A stretch of 64,000 nucleotides of DNA from Steroidobacteraceae bacterium. GTDB taxonomy: Bacteria > Pseudomonadota > Gammaproteobacteria > Steroidobacterales > Steroidobacteraceae. This document shows, piece by piece, positions 27,228 through 35,949 of this stretch. Within the stretch, counting starts at the first letter, position 1; the number at the start of each line of letters is the position of its first letter. Made by a program: the position numbers and the translations under genes. Location of the stretch: positions 108,705 to 172,704 of the forward strand of contig DATBYD010000097.1 of assembly GCA_036513855.1 (NCBI GenBank). The letters are read 5' to 3'. Under the pieces are notes generated by a model that made no database searches, was not told the origin of the DNA, and was given only the letters and a program-made list of their open reading frames with translations.

Positions 27228-27407
27228 ATGCGTGGGCTCGCACGACTAAGAAGAGTATCCGGATTCTCGCCCGCTGCGGTGCGCAGCGCCAGTCGGCACG
27301 GTCACGCATTCCATGTCGGACGAATCCTAATCCCGAAAGCTGGCCGGCCGCCGCCACGAGCCTGCGCTTCGTGCATGGGCCGGGCCCGGCTGTGTCTCAC
27401 CACACCT

Positions 27408-28022
27408 TCAGGCGCCAGCGAGCGGCGCAGCCTTGCGGTACAGGCGGCGTACCAGGCGCACAGTAAACCAGGCGATGAGCGCCACTACGGCGACCGCGGC
27501 CAGCGGGGCGATGAGTGCCAGTAGTGAGACGGTCAATGCGGCGGCCAGCTCGCCGGTGGAGATCACGTGGTTACCCACGCCGCCGCTCATCAAGGTGGAC
27601 TTCGCGCGCAGCAGCGAAGTCAGACCTTGGGTGAGCCCGGCGGCGCCTCCGCCGGCGATGACCGCCGTCGTCCACTTCACCATCGGCGGCAGCTCGATCA
27701 TGACGGCGGCCGACACCAGCGTTCCTGCCAGCAGTGCCGCAGGCGCGGCAATCGCATCGAGCAGATTGTCCACAACGGGAATGTAGTAGGCGAGCACCTC
27801 GAGCACTGCCGCGACGCTCAGCATCACAAGCGCCGGGGCACTCGCGAGCCAGGCGAAGCCGTTGCCGAGTGCGAGGTGACCGGTGTGTGCCGCGACGCTC
27901 ATCACCAGCATCGGCAGGAATACTCTGAAACCGACTGCCGCCGCCAGTGCCACTCCGAGCGCGACGGACAACGCAAGATCGGCGCCTGCCATGTGCGGTA
28001 TGGCGACCATGTCCGCTACCAT
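27408..28022 (-). CDS. DUF4126 family membrane protein
   Basis: 204 aa, Gly/Ala-rich and multi-span, with the FRVFLP ... YYIPVVDNLLD pattern. Confidence 0.75.
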   Translation of the reverse strand: MVADMVAIPHMAGADLALSVALGVALAAAVGFRVFLPMLVMSVAAHTGHLALGNGFAWLASAPALVMLSVAAVLEVLAYYIPVVDNLLDAIAAPAALLAGTLVSAAVMIELPPMVKWTTAVIAGGGAAGLTQGLTSLLRAKSTLMSGGVGNHVISTGELAAALTVSLLALIAPLAAVAVVALIAWFTVRLVRRLYRKAAPLAGA

Positions 28023-28074
28023 AGAGCGGCGTGGGCGCCGGTGTCGAGACGCGAGCCGTTATACTCGTCGCGTC

Positions 28075-28854
28075 ATGCTGGCATTGGTCAGACAGGTCAG
28101 TCCGAACCTTGCGAAGTGCGAGCTGTCGTACCTCGAGCGCGCTGCTATCGATGGCGCGCGAGCCGTTCGCCAGCACTATGAATATACCAGCGTACTGCAA
28201 TCGCTCGGTTGCACCCTGGAGTGGCTGCCGCCACTCGCCCAACACCCCGACGGGGTATTTGTCGAAGATACTGCGGTCCTGCTGCCGCAGGTTGCGGTTG
28301 TCACCAGGCCCGGTGCCGTCTCGCGCCGCGGCGAAACGGCCAGCGTCGCCGAGGCACTGGGCGGCCGGATACCGGTGTTGCACATCAGCGAGCCGGGGTG
28401 TCTTGAGGGCGGCGACGTGCTGCTGATCGAGCGCACGCTCTATGTCGGCGCATCGGGGCGCACGAATCAGGCGGGGATCTCACAGCTCACGAGCGCACTC
28501 GAGCCCTTCGGCTACCGCGTGCAGGCGGTGAAGATGCAGGGATGTCTGCACCTGAAGAGCGCCTGCACCTACATCGCGCCGGGAGTCCTCCTGGTCAATC
28601 CGGCCTGGGTCGAGGCGGCGGCCTTCGCTTGCCCCGTCGTGATCGAGGTGCAGGAGCGCGAGCCCTACGCGGCCAACACCCTCACGGTAGGTGCAACCAC
28701 GCTGGTGAGCAGCGCCTACCCCAGGACCGAGCGGCGCCTGCAGGCGGCCGGGGTGAGGACACGCAGCGTCGACGTGAGCGAGTTGCACAAGGCGGAAGCG
28801 GCTCTCACCTGCATGAGCCTGCTGCTCGAGCCGAGCCTCAAGCCGGGGCGCTGA
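28075..28854 (+). CDS. Dimethylarginine dimethylaminohydrolase family protein (DDAH / amidinotransferase fold)
   Basis: Starts MLALVRQVSPNLAKCELSYLER. There is a C-terminal catalytic Cys context (EAALTCMSLL). The track start 27883 overlaps the divergent neighbour. Confidence 0.75.
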   Translation: MLALVRQVSPNLAKCELSYLERAAIDGARAVRQHYEYTSVLQSLGCTLEWLPPLAQHPDGVFVEDTAVLLPQVAVVTRPGAVSRRGETASVAEALGGRIPVLHISEPGCLEGGDVLLIERTLYVGASGRTNQAGISQLTSALEPFGYRVQAVKMQGCLHLKSACTYIAPGVLLVNPAWVEAAAFACPVVIEVQEREPYAANTLTVGATTLVSSAYPRTERRLQAAGVRTRSVDVSELHKAEAALTCMSLLLEPSLKPGR

Positions 28855-29938
28855 TCGCGCGCAGTCCGGTCAGGAAGGCGGAGACCTCCGGCTCGGTTCC
28901 GATGGTGATGCGGCACCAGCTTTCGTAAGGCGCGAATCTGCGGCCGACCAGGATATTGCGCTGGCGCATGAGCTCGGTGAAGCGCTTGAGCGGCATACCG
29001 GTATCGAAGAATACGAAATTGCCGTGCGGCTCGGCGTACCTGAGATTCAGACGGGTAAGTTCAGTGGTGACGCGTGTGCGGCTTGCTACGATGCGGCGGC
29101 CGCAGTCGGCGCGAAACGCCTCATCGGCAAGACTGGCGCGGGCGGCACGCACGGCGAAGATGTTGGGGGTGGCCATGCGCGCGCCGGCAAGTTCGGTGGC
29201 AAGCTGCGGGCTTGTGACACCGTAGCCGAAACGCAGCCCGGCCATGCCGTGGATCTTGGAGAACGTGCGCAGCACGACCACGCGCCGGCCGCGCTGCACC
29301 AGATCGGCGACCGATCCGACGCCTGCTCCGGCGAAGTCCATGTACGCCTCATCGACGATGGTCAGGACCGGCTCCGGGAGCGATTCCACGAAGGCGCGGA
29401 TGTCTGCGGCCGGCAGTGCCGTACCGGTCGGATTGTTCGGATTGCAGAGATAGATCGCGCGCGTGCCCTGCGACACGGCGGCACGCATGGCGGGCAGGTC
29501 GTGTCGCAGCTGCGTGTCCACCGGGACGAACTTCAGCGTCGCGCCGCGCAGCTTCGCGTACTCGGTCAGTTCCGCGTAGGAGGGCTCTGCGGCGATGATC
29601 TCACCGCCGTCACGGGCGCACAGCAGCCCGAGCGCACATAACAACTCCCCGGAGCCGCTGCCGGTGACGATGTGCTCCACTGCGATGCCCTCCTGTCGGG
29701 CGATCGCCGCCACCAGATCGTTCATTTCGGCGTCCGACGGGTAGCGGCAGCCGTGCGCGATGGCGTGACTCACCGCAAGGCGCGCCGCCGGCGAGGGTCC
29801 GTAGGGATTCTCGTTCCAACACAGGACGAGCGGCCCTGGGTCTGCGGGCGATTTGTCGGCTGCCGCGCGCACGGCAAAGCCGGGCCCCCCCAGCAGCAGC
29901 GCCGAGGCGCTCAACAGTTCGCGGCGGCTCACGCTCAT
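28838..29938 (-). CDS. PLP-dependent aminotransferase (HisC-like class) with a twin-arginine signal peptide
   Basis: N-terminus MSVSRRELLSASALLLGGPGFAVRA (SRRxLL Tat motif). The aminotransferase core includes NENPYGP, YLCNPNNPTG and FSKIHGMAGLRFGY (PLP Lys). Confidence 0.8.
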   Translation of the reverse strand: MSVSRRELLSASALLLGGPGFAVRAAADKSPADPGPLVLCWNENPYGPSPAARLAVSHAIAHGCRYPSDAEMNDLVAAIARQEGIAVEHIVTGSGSGELLCALGLLCARDGGEIIAAEPSYAELTEYAKLRGATLKFVPVDTQLRHDLPAMRAAVSQGTRAIYLCNPNNPTGTALPAADIRAFVESLPEPVLTIVDEAYMDFAGAGVGSVADLVQRGRRVVVLRTFSKIHGMAGLRFGYGVTSPQLATELAGARMATPNIFAVRAARASLADEAFRADCGRRIVASRTRVTTELTRLNLRYAEPHGNFVFFDTGMPLKRFTELMRQRNILVGRRFAPYESWCRITIGTEPEVSAFLTGLRAISAPA

Positions 29939-30054
29939 GGCTTCAACGCTCCTGTGCAAGGTACGGAAACGATACACCGTAGCCGTAGGCGCGACTACGC
30001 GCACGCATTGCCGCGGCCCGGCCCCGTGCCGCGCTGTGCTATGTTTCTCGGGCC

Positions 30055-30897
30055 ATGCATGATCTGACGCTCGGACTGGACGACATGCTGTCCTTCCTCA
30101 AGCCCGACACCTTCATCGGAGCGGGCATCTACCTGCTGATCTTCGTGCTGGCGGCGCTGTTGCTGGCGCGCGGGCTGCGGGCGGGCGTGCACGCCGCGCT
30201 GACCCGCCAGGGTCATGCGCACATCGATCGCACCACCGTCAGCTTCCTGCAGCAGATCGGCACGGCATCCATCTGGGTGATCATGCTCATCCTGTACGCA
30301 CACCTGATACCGGTGCTGCGCGCCATGGGCACGGCACTGCTGGCGGGCGCGAGCATTGCCTCGGTCGTGATCGGCCTTGCGGCGCAGAGTACGCTCGGCA
30401 ACCTCGTGGCCGGCGTCGCGATCACGATCTACCGCCCCTTCCGTCTGGGCGATACGCTGCAGGTCACCGCGCCGACCGGCCCCGAGGTTGGCAGTGTCGA
30501 ATTGATCTCGCTCGGCTACACGACGCTGCGTACCCCCGACGGGCGCCTGGTGGTGCTGCCCAACAGCATTGCCGCAAGCCAGGTGAGCATCAACCTGAGC
30601 GAGTCGCGTGTGGCGCCGCCCCTGCCGATCGTCATCCAGGTGAGCCGGGAGACCGACGCCGAGGCCGCCCGCCAGCTGGCACTCACCACCGCCCGTGAGG
30701 CGCTGGATCAGGCGGCCGTGATCGGATGCTTTCTGACCCGGATCGATGCCACCGGCACGACACTGGAACTGCGGGTGCGAGTGCCCGCTTCGACCGACCG
30801 CGACGCGCTGCGCTCCAAGCTGGTGGCCGAGCTGGCGCAGCGTTTTGCCGCTGGTGGCCTTGATTCCGCGGGGAGCCGGCCGGCGAGCTTTTCATAA
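30055..30897 (+). CDS. Mechanosensitive ion channel family protein (MscS-like)
   Basis: Three TM spans, then GLAAQSTLGNLVAGVAITIYRPFRLGD and a beta domain. Confidence 0.85.
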   Translation: MHDLTLGLDDMLSFLKPDTFIGAGIYLLIFVLAALLLARGLRAGVHAALTRQGHAHIDRTTVSFLQQIGTASIWVIMLILYAHLIPVLRAMGTALLAGASIASVVIGLAAQSTLGNLVAGVAITIYRPFRLGDTLQVTAPTGPEVGSVELISLGYTTLRTPDGRLVVLPNSIAASQVSINLSESRVAPPLPIVIQVSRETDAEAARQLALTTAREALDQAAVIGCFLTRIDATGTTLELRVRVPASTDRDALRSKLVAELAQRFAAGGLDSAGSRPASFS

Positions 30898-30928
30898 GCG
30901 CGGCCGGCTGCCGCGGCGCCTGCGGGGC

Positions 30929-32119
30929 GTGGACACCAATCCGCAGGCGACGCTAGACTTCAGCGTGGCTGTCATACAACGCTCGCCGGGTCTGAGGATC
31001 GGTGCGCCGGCTGAACTTAAGCTGGTGCAGCCGGACGGCAGTGAGCACGCCGTTCATCCGCTGTGGTTGCGCGAGCGCTGCCGCGACGCCACCAGCATGG
31101 ATCTGAAAACCCAGCAGCGGCTTCAGGATCCGTCCGATTTCGACATCAATCTGAAGATCCTGTCGGTATCCCAGCCCGCCCCGGGGATCTTGCGCGTCAA
31201 GTTCAGCGATGGTCACGAGGCGAGCTTCAGCGCCGAGGAGCTGCTCGCGGAAGCGGCTCTGGCGCCCAACAGTCACGACTGCCCGCCACCACGGCTGTGG
31301 AACGGCGCGCTGGCCGATCTGCCGCGGGCGCACTGGCGCGCCGATCCGTCCGCGACCGAGCTGCGCTCGTGGCTCGAGGCGTTCCTGAGCTTCGGCTTCG
31401 TGATTTTCGAGGGCGTGCCGACCGCTGCCGACAGCGTGCTCAAGGTGGGCGCCATGTTCGGCTTCATCCGCGAAACGAATTTTGGTGCACTGTTCAACGT
31501 GCGCTCGACTCCCGACGCCACCGACCTCGCCTACACCGCCGTCTCCCTCGATCCGCATACCGACAATCCCTATCGCGCACCGGTGCCCGGCATCCAGCTG
31601 CTGCACTGCCTCGTCAACGAAACCACTGGCGGACTGTCGACGCTGGTGGACGGTTTCGCCGTCGCGCAGGACCTGCGCCAGAGGCATCGCGAGGCGTTCA
31701 ACATCCTTGCCACGACCCCGGTGCGCTTCAAGTACATCGATGCGGACACCGAACTTACCGCCAGCGCACCGCCGATCGAACTTGACGTCACCGGCGCGCT
31801 CAAGGCGATTCACTTCAGTCCGCGGCTGGACTTCGTGCCACTGTTCGGCCCGGAGAGGCTCGACGCCTACTTCCGGGCGCGGCGGCTGTTCGATCACAGC
31901 CTGCGGGCGGCGGACTTCGAGATCCGCTTCCTTCTCAAGTCAGGCGACCTGGTGATGTTCGACAACTGCCGCCTGTTGCACGGGCGAACCGGCTTTGATC
32001 CCTCCGAGGGGCTGCGTCACCTGCAAGGCTGCTACATCGACATCGACGGACCGCGCAGTCTCTATCGCGTGCTGCGCCGCAGACTCGGTGCTGCGAGCGA
32101 CATGAGGCGCAGCGCATGA
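30929..32119 (+). CDS. Fe(II)/2-oxoglutarate dioxygenase of the gamma-butyrobetaine hydroxylase / TmpA-like clade (TauD superfamily)
   Basis: N-terminal DUF971-like segment (HPLWLRERC), the H-x-D motif (DPHTDNPY), and distal His/Arg (FDNCRLLHGRTGF). The start is uncertain: the first in-frame starts after the upstream stop are GTG 30929 and GTG 30965, and the track start 30746 overlaps mscS. Confidence 0.8.
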   Translation: MDTNPQATLDFSVAVIQRSPGLRIGAPAELKLVQPDGSEHAVHPLWLRERCRDATSMDLKTQQRLQDPSDFDINLKILSVSQPAPGILRVKFSDGHEASFSAEELLAEAALAPNSHDCPPPRLWNGALADLPRAHWRADPSATELRSWLEAFLSFGFVIFEGVPTAADSVLKVGAMFGFIRETNFGALFNVRSTPDATDLAYTAVSLDPHTDNPYRAPVPGIQLLHCLVNETTGGLSTLVDGFAVAQDLRQRHREAFNILATTPVRFKYIDADTELTASAPPIELDVTGALKAIHFSPRLDFVPLFGPERLDAYFRARRLFDHSLRAADFEIRFLLKSGDLVMFDNCRLLHGRTGFDPSEGLRHLQGCYIDIDGPRSLYRVLRRRLGAASDMRRSA

Positions 32120-32697
32120 GCCACACGGTCAGCTTCCGGCAGATGCAGCACGGCACCCGCGAGGACTACCTGCTGCTCGATGAATCCGAGCGCAAATACG
32201 CCGCCGGACTGGGCGGGCGCGTGCTGGAGAGTCTCGCCAAGCTCGATCATTCGCTCGAGGGCTATCCGGTCAGCCGGCTGACGCACTCGCTGCAGGCGGC
32301 GACGCGCGCGATGCGCGACGGCGCTGACGAGGAGATGATCGTGGCGGCGCTGATACACGATATCGGCGATGAGCTTGCCCCCTACAACCACGCCGAAGTG
32401 GCGGCGGGAATCATCCGGCCCTACGTGCGCGCCCAGGTAACCTGGATCGTGGCGCAGCACGGCCTGTTCCAGAATTACTACTACGTGCATCATTTCGGCG
32501 GCGACCGCAATGCCCGCGATCGCCTGCGCGATCACCCGGGTTACGAGGCGTGCGTGCATTTTTGCGCCGCCTGGGACCAGTGCTCGTTCGACCCGGACTA
32601 TCCGACCGAGAAGTTGGAAGTCTTCGAGCCGATGCTGCGACGGATCTTTGCGCGCCCGCCCCACGACCCCCGTTACCAGTCCGTGCCCATAGGCTGA
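32116..32697 (+). CDS. HD-domain protein of the PhnZ/TmpB-like (mixed-valent diiron oxygenase) type
   Basis: 193 aa with His/Asp ligand candidates (RLTHS, LIHDIGD, NHAEV, AQHGLF, HHF). It overlaps the upstream stop by 4 nt (ATGA). Confidence 0.7.
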   Translation: MSHTVSFRQMQHGTREDYLLLDESERKYAAGLGGRVLESLAKLDHSLEGYPVSRLTHSLQAATRAMRDGADEEMIVAALIHDIGDELAPYNHAEVAAGIIRPYVRAQVTWIVAQHGLFQNYYYVHHFGGDRNARDRLRDHPGYEACVHFCAAWDQCSFDPDYPTEKLEVFEPMLRRIFARPPHDPRYQSVPIG

Positions 32698-32936
32698 CCG
32701 ACGCGTTCCCGGCTTGAGGCCGAGCCGGCCTTGGCGAGCCCTACCCTCGGTGCCGACCACGCTCGCGCCGAGCCGACCACACCCCAGGCGCGGTGGCGGC
32801 CGCGACTTCCTTCACCGGGAACGCTGCGGCGCAAATTCATGCGGCAAATCTTCACGCGGCCTGCATCCATTGCACGGGCGGCTTCGTAGCAGTGAGGGAA
32901 GACCACAAACCCCTCCTGTTCTTTAAGGGAACGCCC

Positions 32937-34484
32937 ATGAAACTATCGATACCCCATCGCATTGTGGCCGGTGCAGGGGCTGCAGCGCTCGCCTGCGCGG
33001 CAATAGCCTCCAGTCACCGGGAAGCTCCTTTCATCACAACCCGCCCGAAGGTCGACGGCACCGACTTCTACATGTTCAACAGTTATGAGCCCGGGCGTGC
33101 CGGCTACGTGACGCTGATCGCCAATTACCAGCCGTTTGAATTCCCGCAGGGCGGTCCGAACTACTACACCATGGATCCCAACGCCCTCTACGAAATTCAC
33201 GTCGACAACAACGGCGACGGCAAGGAAGACCTGACGTTCCAGTTTCGCTTCAAGGTTGCCGACAAGGGACTGACGGTACCGGCGGGCGGCAAGTCGGTGC
33301 CGGTGCCTTTGGTGAACATCGGTCCCCTCAGTGCCACCAGCACCAGCACTCAGAACGTGCTGGAGAGCTATAGCCTGACCCTGGTACGGGGTGACCGGCG
33401 CACAGGGCAGGCCGCGCTCGTGACCGATGCCGTCAACGGCAGTGCCACCTTCGCCGCTCCCTACGACAATATCGGTATGAAGTCGATTCCTGACTATGCC
33501 AGCTACGCCGATGCGTTCATCTACAACATCAATATTCCCGGGTGCAGCAAGCCGGGCAGGGTGTTCGTCGGTCAGCGCAAAGACCCGTTCGTGGTCAATC
33601 TTGGCGAGACCTTCGACCTGGTCAATATCAAGTACCCGGTACAGGAACTGGCGCCCGCCGGTGTGAACGCCCGACAGCTCGCGCCGAATTCCGTGGCCGG
33701 TTACAACGTCACGTCGCTGGTTCTCGAAGTCGCCGCTGCCTGTCTCACCGCCGGTAGTGATCCGGTCATCGGTGGCTGGACGACCGCCAGCATTCGCCAG
33801 GCTGCGGTGTTCAATCCGTTCCCGCAAAGCGCCAACAGCGTGGCTAGTGTGGGTAAAGTGACACAGCCGACCGGCCCGTCAGTCGAGGGCGGCGCCTGGA
33901 CCCAGGTATCGCGCCTGGGGATGCCGCTGGTGAACGAGCTGGTCATCGGACTGCCTGACAAGGATCGCTTCAACTCCTCTGAGCCAAAGAATGATGGGCA
34001 GTTTGCCGACTACGTGACCAACCCGTCACTGCCGGTGCTGCTGCAGGTGTTGTTCGGAGCTCAGGGCGTGCGAGCACCCAATGTCTACCCGCGCACCGAT
34101 CTGGAGGAGGCCTTCCTGACCGGCATCAAGGGGCTGAACCAGCCAGCAACTGTCACCGCCTCGGAAATGCTGCGTCTGAATACCAGCACCCCGGTGACAC
34201 CGGTGGCAGCGCAGAGCGATCTGGGCGTGCTGGGAGGCGATTCCGCCGGTTTCCCGAATGGTCGCCGCCCGGTCGACGACGTGGTGACCATCACGCTGCG
34301 GGTGGCCATGGGCATCCTGCTGTCGCCCTTCAACGGCAGCGCGGCTGATCCGGACCCCTCATCGGACGCCTCGCGCCAGCTGCACTACACCGACGGCGTC
34401 GAGCCGAACCCGGCCGACTATCTGAGCGTGTTCCCGTACGTCAACACGCCGCTCGCCGGTTCACCGACCAGTGCCAACGACTAA
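32937..34484 (+). CDS. Secreted DUF4331 domain protein
   Basis: Signal peptide followed by the SHREAPFI motif, DGTDFYMF and LYEIHVDNNGDG. AAGGGA lies 8 nt upstream of the ATG. The track start 32793 would bury the signal peptide. Confidence 0.85.
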   Translation: MKLSIPHRIVAGAGAAALACAAIASSHREAPFITTRPKVDGTDFYMFNSYEPGRAGYVTLIANYQPFEFPQGGPNYYTMDPNALYEIHVDNNGDGKEDLTFQFRFKVADKGLTVPAGGKSVPVPLVNIGPLSATSTSTQNVLESYSLTLVRGDRRTGQAALVTDAVNGSATFAAPYDNIGMKSIPDYASYADAFIYNINIPGCSKPGRVFVGQRKDPFVVNLGETFDLVNIKYPVQELAPAGVNARQLAPNSVAGYNVTSLVLEVAAACLTAGSDPVIGGWTTASIRQAAVFNPFPQSANSVASVGKVTQPTGPSVEGGAWTQVSRLGMPLVNELVIGLPDKDRFNSSEPKNDGQFADYVTNPSLPVLLQVLFGAQGVRAPNVYPRTDLEEAFLTGIKGLNQPATVTASEMLRLNTSTPVTPVAAQSDLGVLGGDSAGFPNGRRPVDDVVTITLRVAMGILLSPFNGSAADPDPSSDASRQLHYTDGVEPNPADYLSVFPYVNTPLAGSPTSAND

Positions 34485-34496
34485 AGGAGGAGGACC

Positions 34497-34760
34497 ATGA
34501 ACCGCAACCGTTATGCGATCGGCGCGGCGGCACTGGCCACCATCATCCTGGCGTCCTGCGGTGGCAGCGATGGGGATAGTGGCACTGCAAGCACGGGCAG
34601 TAGCACCACCAGCACCACGAGCTCTTTCGATACCGCAGACGTGTGGGCTCAGGCGCTGCAGAAATCGGAAACCACGGAGCCGTACGCGCTCAACAATGGC
34701 GCAGTGGTGCTTTCCGATACCAGCGATACCACCCAACCGATCAGCATCAGCGGCCCCTAA
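34497..34760 (+). CDS. Small Ser/Thr-rich lipoprotein (87 aa), hypothetical
   Basis: A strong SD (AAGGAGGAGG) lies 4 nt before the ATG. It has a lipobox (IILASCGG) and an S/T-rich linker. It competes with the 5' extension of ORF 34513..35949 in another frame. Confidence 0.55.
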   Translation: MNRNRYAIGAAALATIILASCGGSDGDSGTASTGSSTTSTTSSFDTADVWAQALQKSETTEPYALNNGAVVLSDTSDTTQPISISGP

Positions 34761-34764
34761 AGCG

Positions 34765-35949
34765 ATGATGTCGCAATCGGTGTTGCAAGGCTGCCGCCGC
34801 CCGCGGATTGTCCGCGGGCGGCGGGCGGCCGCAGTGGTTCTCGCGCTCGCCCTGGTCGCAACAGCCGGCGCGACCCCATATGTTCCCGGCAACGATGCTG
34901 AGGTTCTCGCCCATCTGCCCGCGGGAGCCACCCATGCCAGCATCCAGCTTCGCCACCAGGCAGTGCAACGGCGCGATGTAGCGCTGCCGCTGGCGCAGTT
35001 CTACGTCTCGCAGGCGCGTGCGACCGGGGATCTGAGGTTTCTCGGCTATGCGGAAGGGGTGCTGGCGCCCTGGCTGCAGCGCTCGCCGCCCGATCCGGCG
35101 GCGCTGGTGCTGCAGGCGACGGTTCTGCAGAGCCGGCACTCCTTCGATGCCGCCCTCAATGAACTCGATCGGGCACTTCGCGCACGACCCGACGATGCCC
35201 AGGCATGGGTGACACGCGCGACGGTGTTACGGGTGTTGGGTCGCTACGATGAAGCCGAGCTCTCCTGCGAACGGCTGATCGCAGGCGATGCGGCCGTGGC
35301 GCAGTTGTGCACGCAGAGCCTGCGCGCCCTGAGCGGACATCTGCACTCCGCCTACCAGGCGGTTCGGCAACTGCCTCAGCAGTCCCTGTCCGTCGCTGCG
35401 CGCGCCTGGCGCTACTCGCAACTCGGCGAGATGGCTCAAAGCCTGGGCGATGAGCGGGCCGCCTCCCATTGGTTTGTCGAATGTCTGCAGCTTGCCCCCG
35501 ATGACCTGTACACGCGTGCTGCGTACGCGGACCTGTTGCTGCAGCAGGGCCGCGCCGTCGACACACTTGAGCTGCTCAAGGGCTTCGAATCGATGGAGCC
35601 GATGCTGTTGCGCATGGCGATCGCTCAGCGGCAGCTCAACGACCCGCAGCTGCCCGAAACCCGGGCACTGCTTGCCAATGCCTTCGCGGTCGAGGAACAG
35701 CGCAACGAGGCGGTGCATCGCCGCGAGCAGGCGCGCTTCCTGCTCGATGTCGAAGCGCAACCGTCCGCGGCCCTGGCCGCCGCGCGACAGAACTGGCAAG
35801 TCCAGCGCGAGCCGGCCGACCTATTGATTCTGCTGCGCGCGGCCCACGCCGCGCACCAGAACGGCGCAGCTGCCGCGGCCGCGCAGTTCGCAAATCTGCA
35901 CGCGATTGAGGACGTTCGCCTGCGCCCGTACCTGGAGCCGGCGCCATGA
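34765..35949 (+). CDS. Periplasmic tetratricopeptide-repeat protein
   Basis: Signal-like N-terminus (RRAAAVVLALALVATAGA) and repeated about 34-aa helical pairs with A/L/Y spacing. The start is the first Met after the upstream stop. Confidence 0.7.
   Translation: MMSQSVLQGCRRPRIVRGRRAAAVVLALALVATAGATPYVPGNDAEVLAHLPAGATHASIQLRHQAVQRRDVALPLAQFYVSQARATGDLRFLGYAEGVLAPWLQRSPPDPAALVLQATVLQSRHSFDAALNELDRALRARPDDAQAWVTRATVLRVLGRYDEAELSCERLIAGDAAVAQLCTQSLRALSGHLHSAYQAVRQLPQQSLSVAARAWRYSQLGEMAQSLGDERAASHWFVECLQLAPDDLYTRAAYADLLLQQGRAVDTLELLKGFESMEPMLLRMAIAQRQLNDPQLPETRALLANAFAVEEQRNEAVHRREQARFLLDVEAQPSAALAAARQNWQVQREPADLLILLRAAHAAHQNGAAAAAAQFANLHAIEDVRLRPYLEPAP

Noticed and set aside
32698-32936. I searched for a cobalamin or NiCo riboswitch, or a Fur, Zur or NikR box, upstream of the DUF4331/HupE/TonB-receptor operon.
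   Set aside because: No B12 box, no AGGGAA/GGTG core and no recognisable metalloregulator palindrome were seen. Only the three 15-nt direct repeats are reported, as a separate finding.
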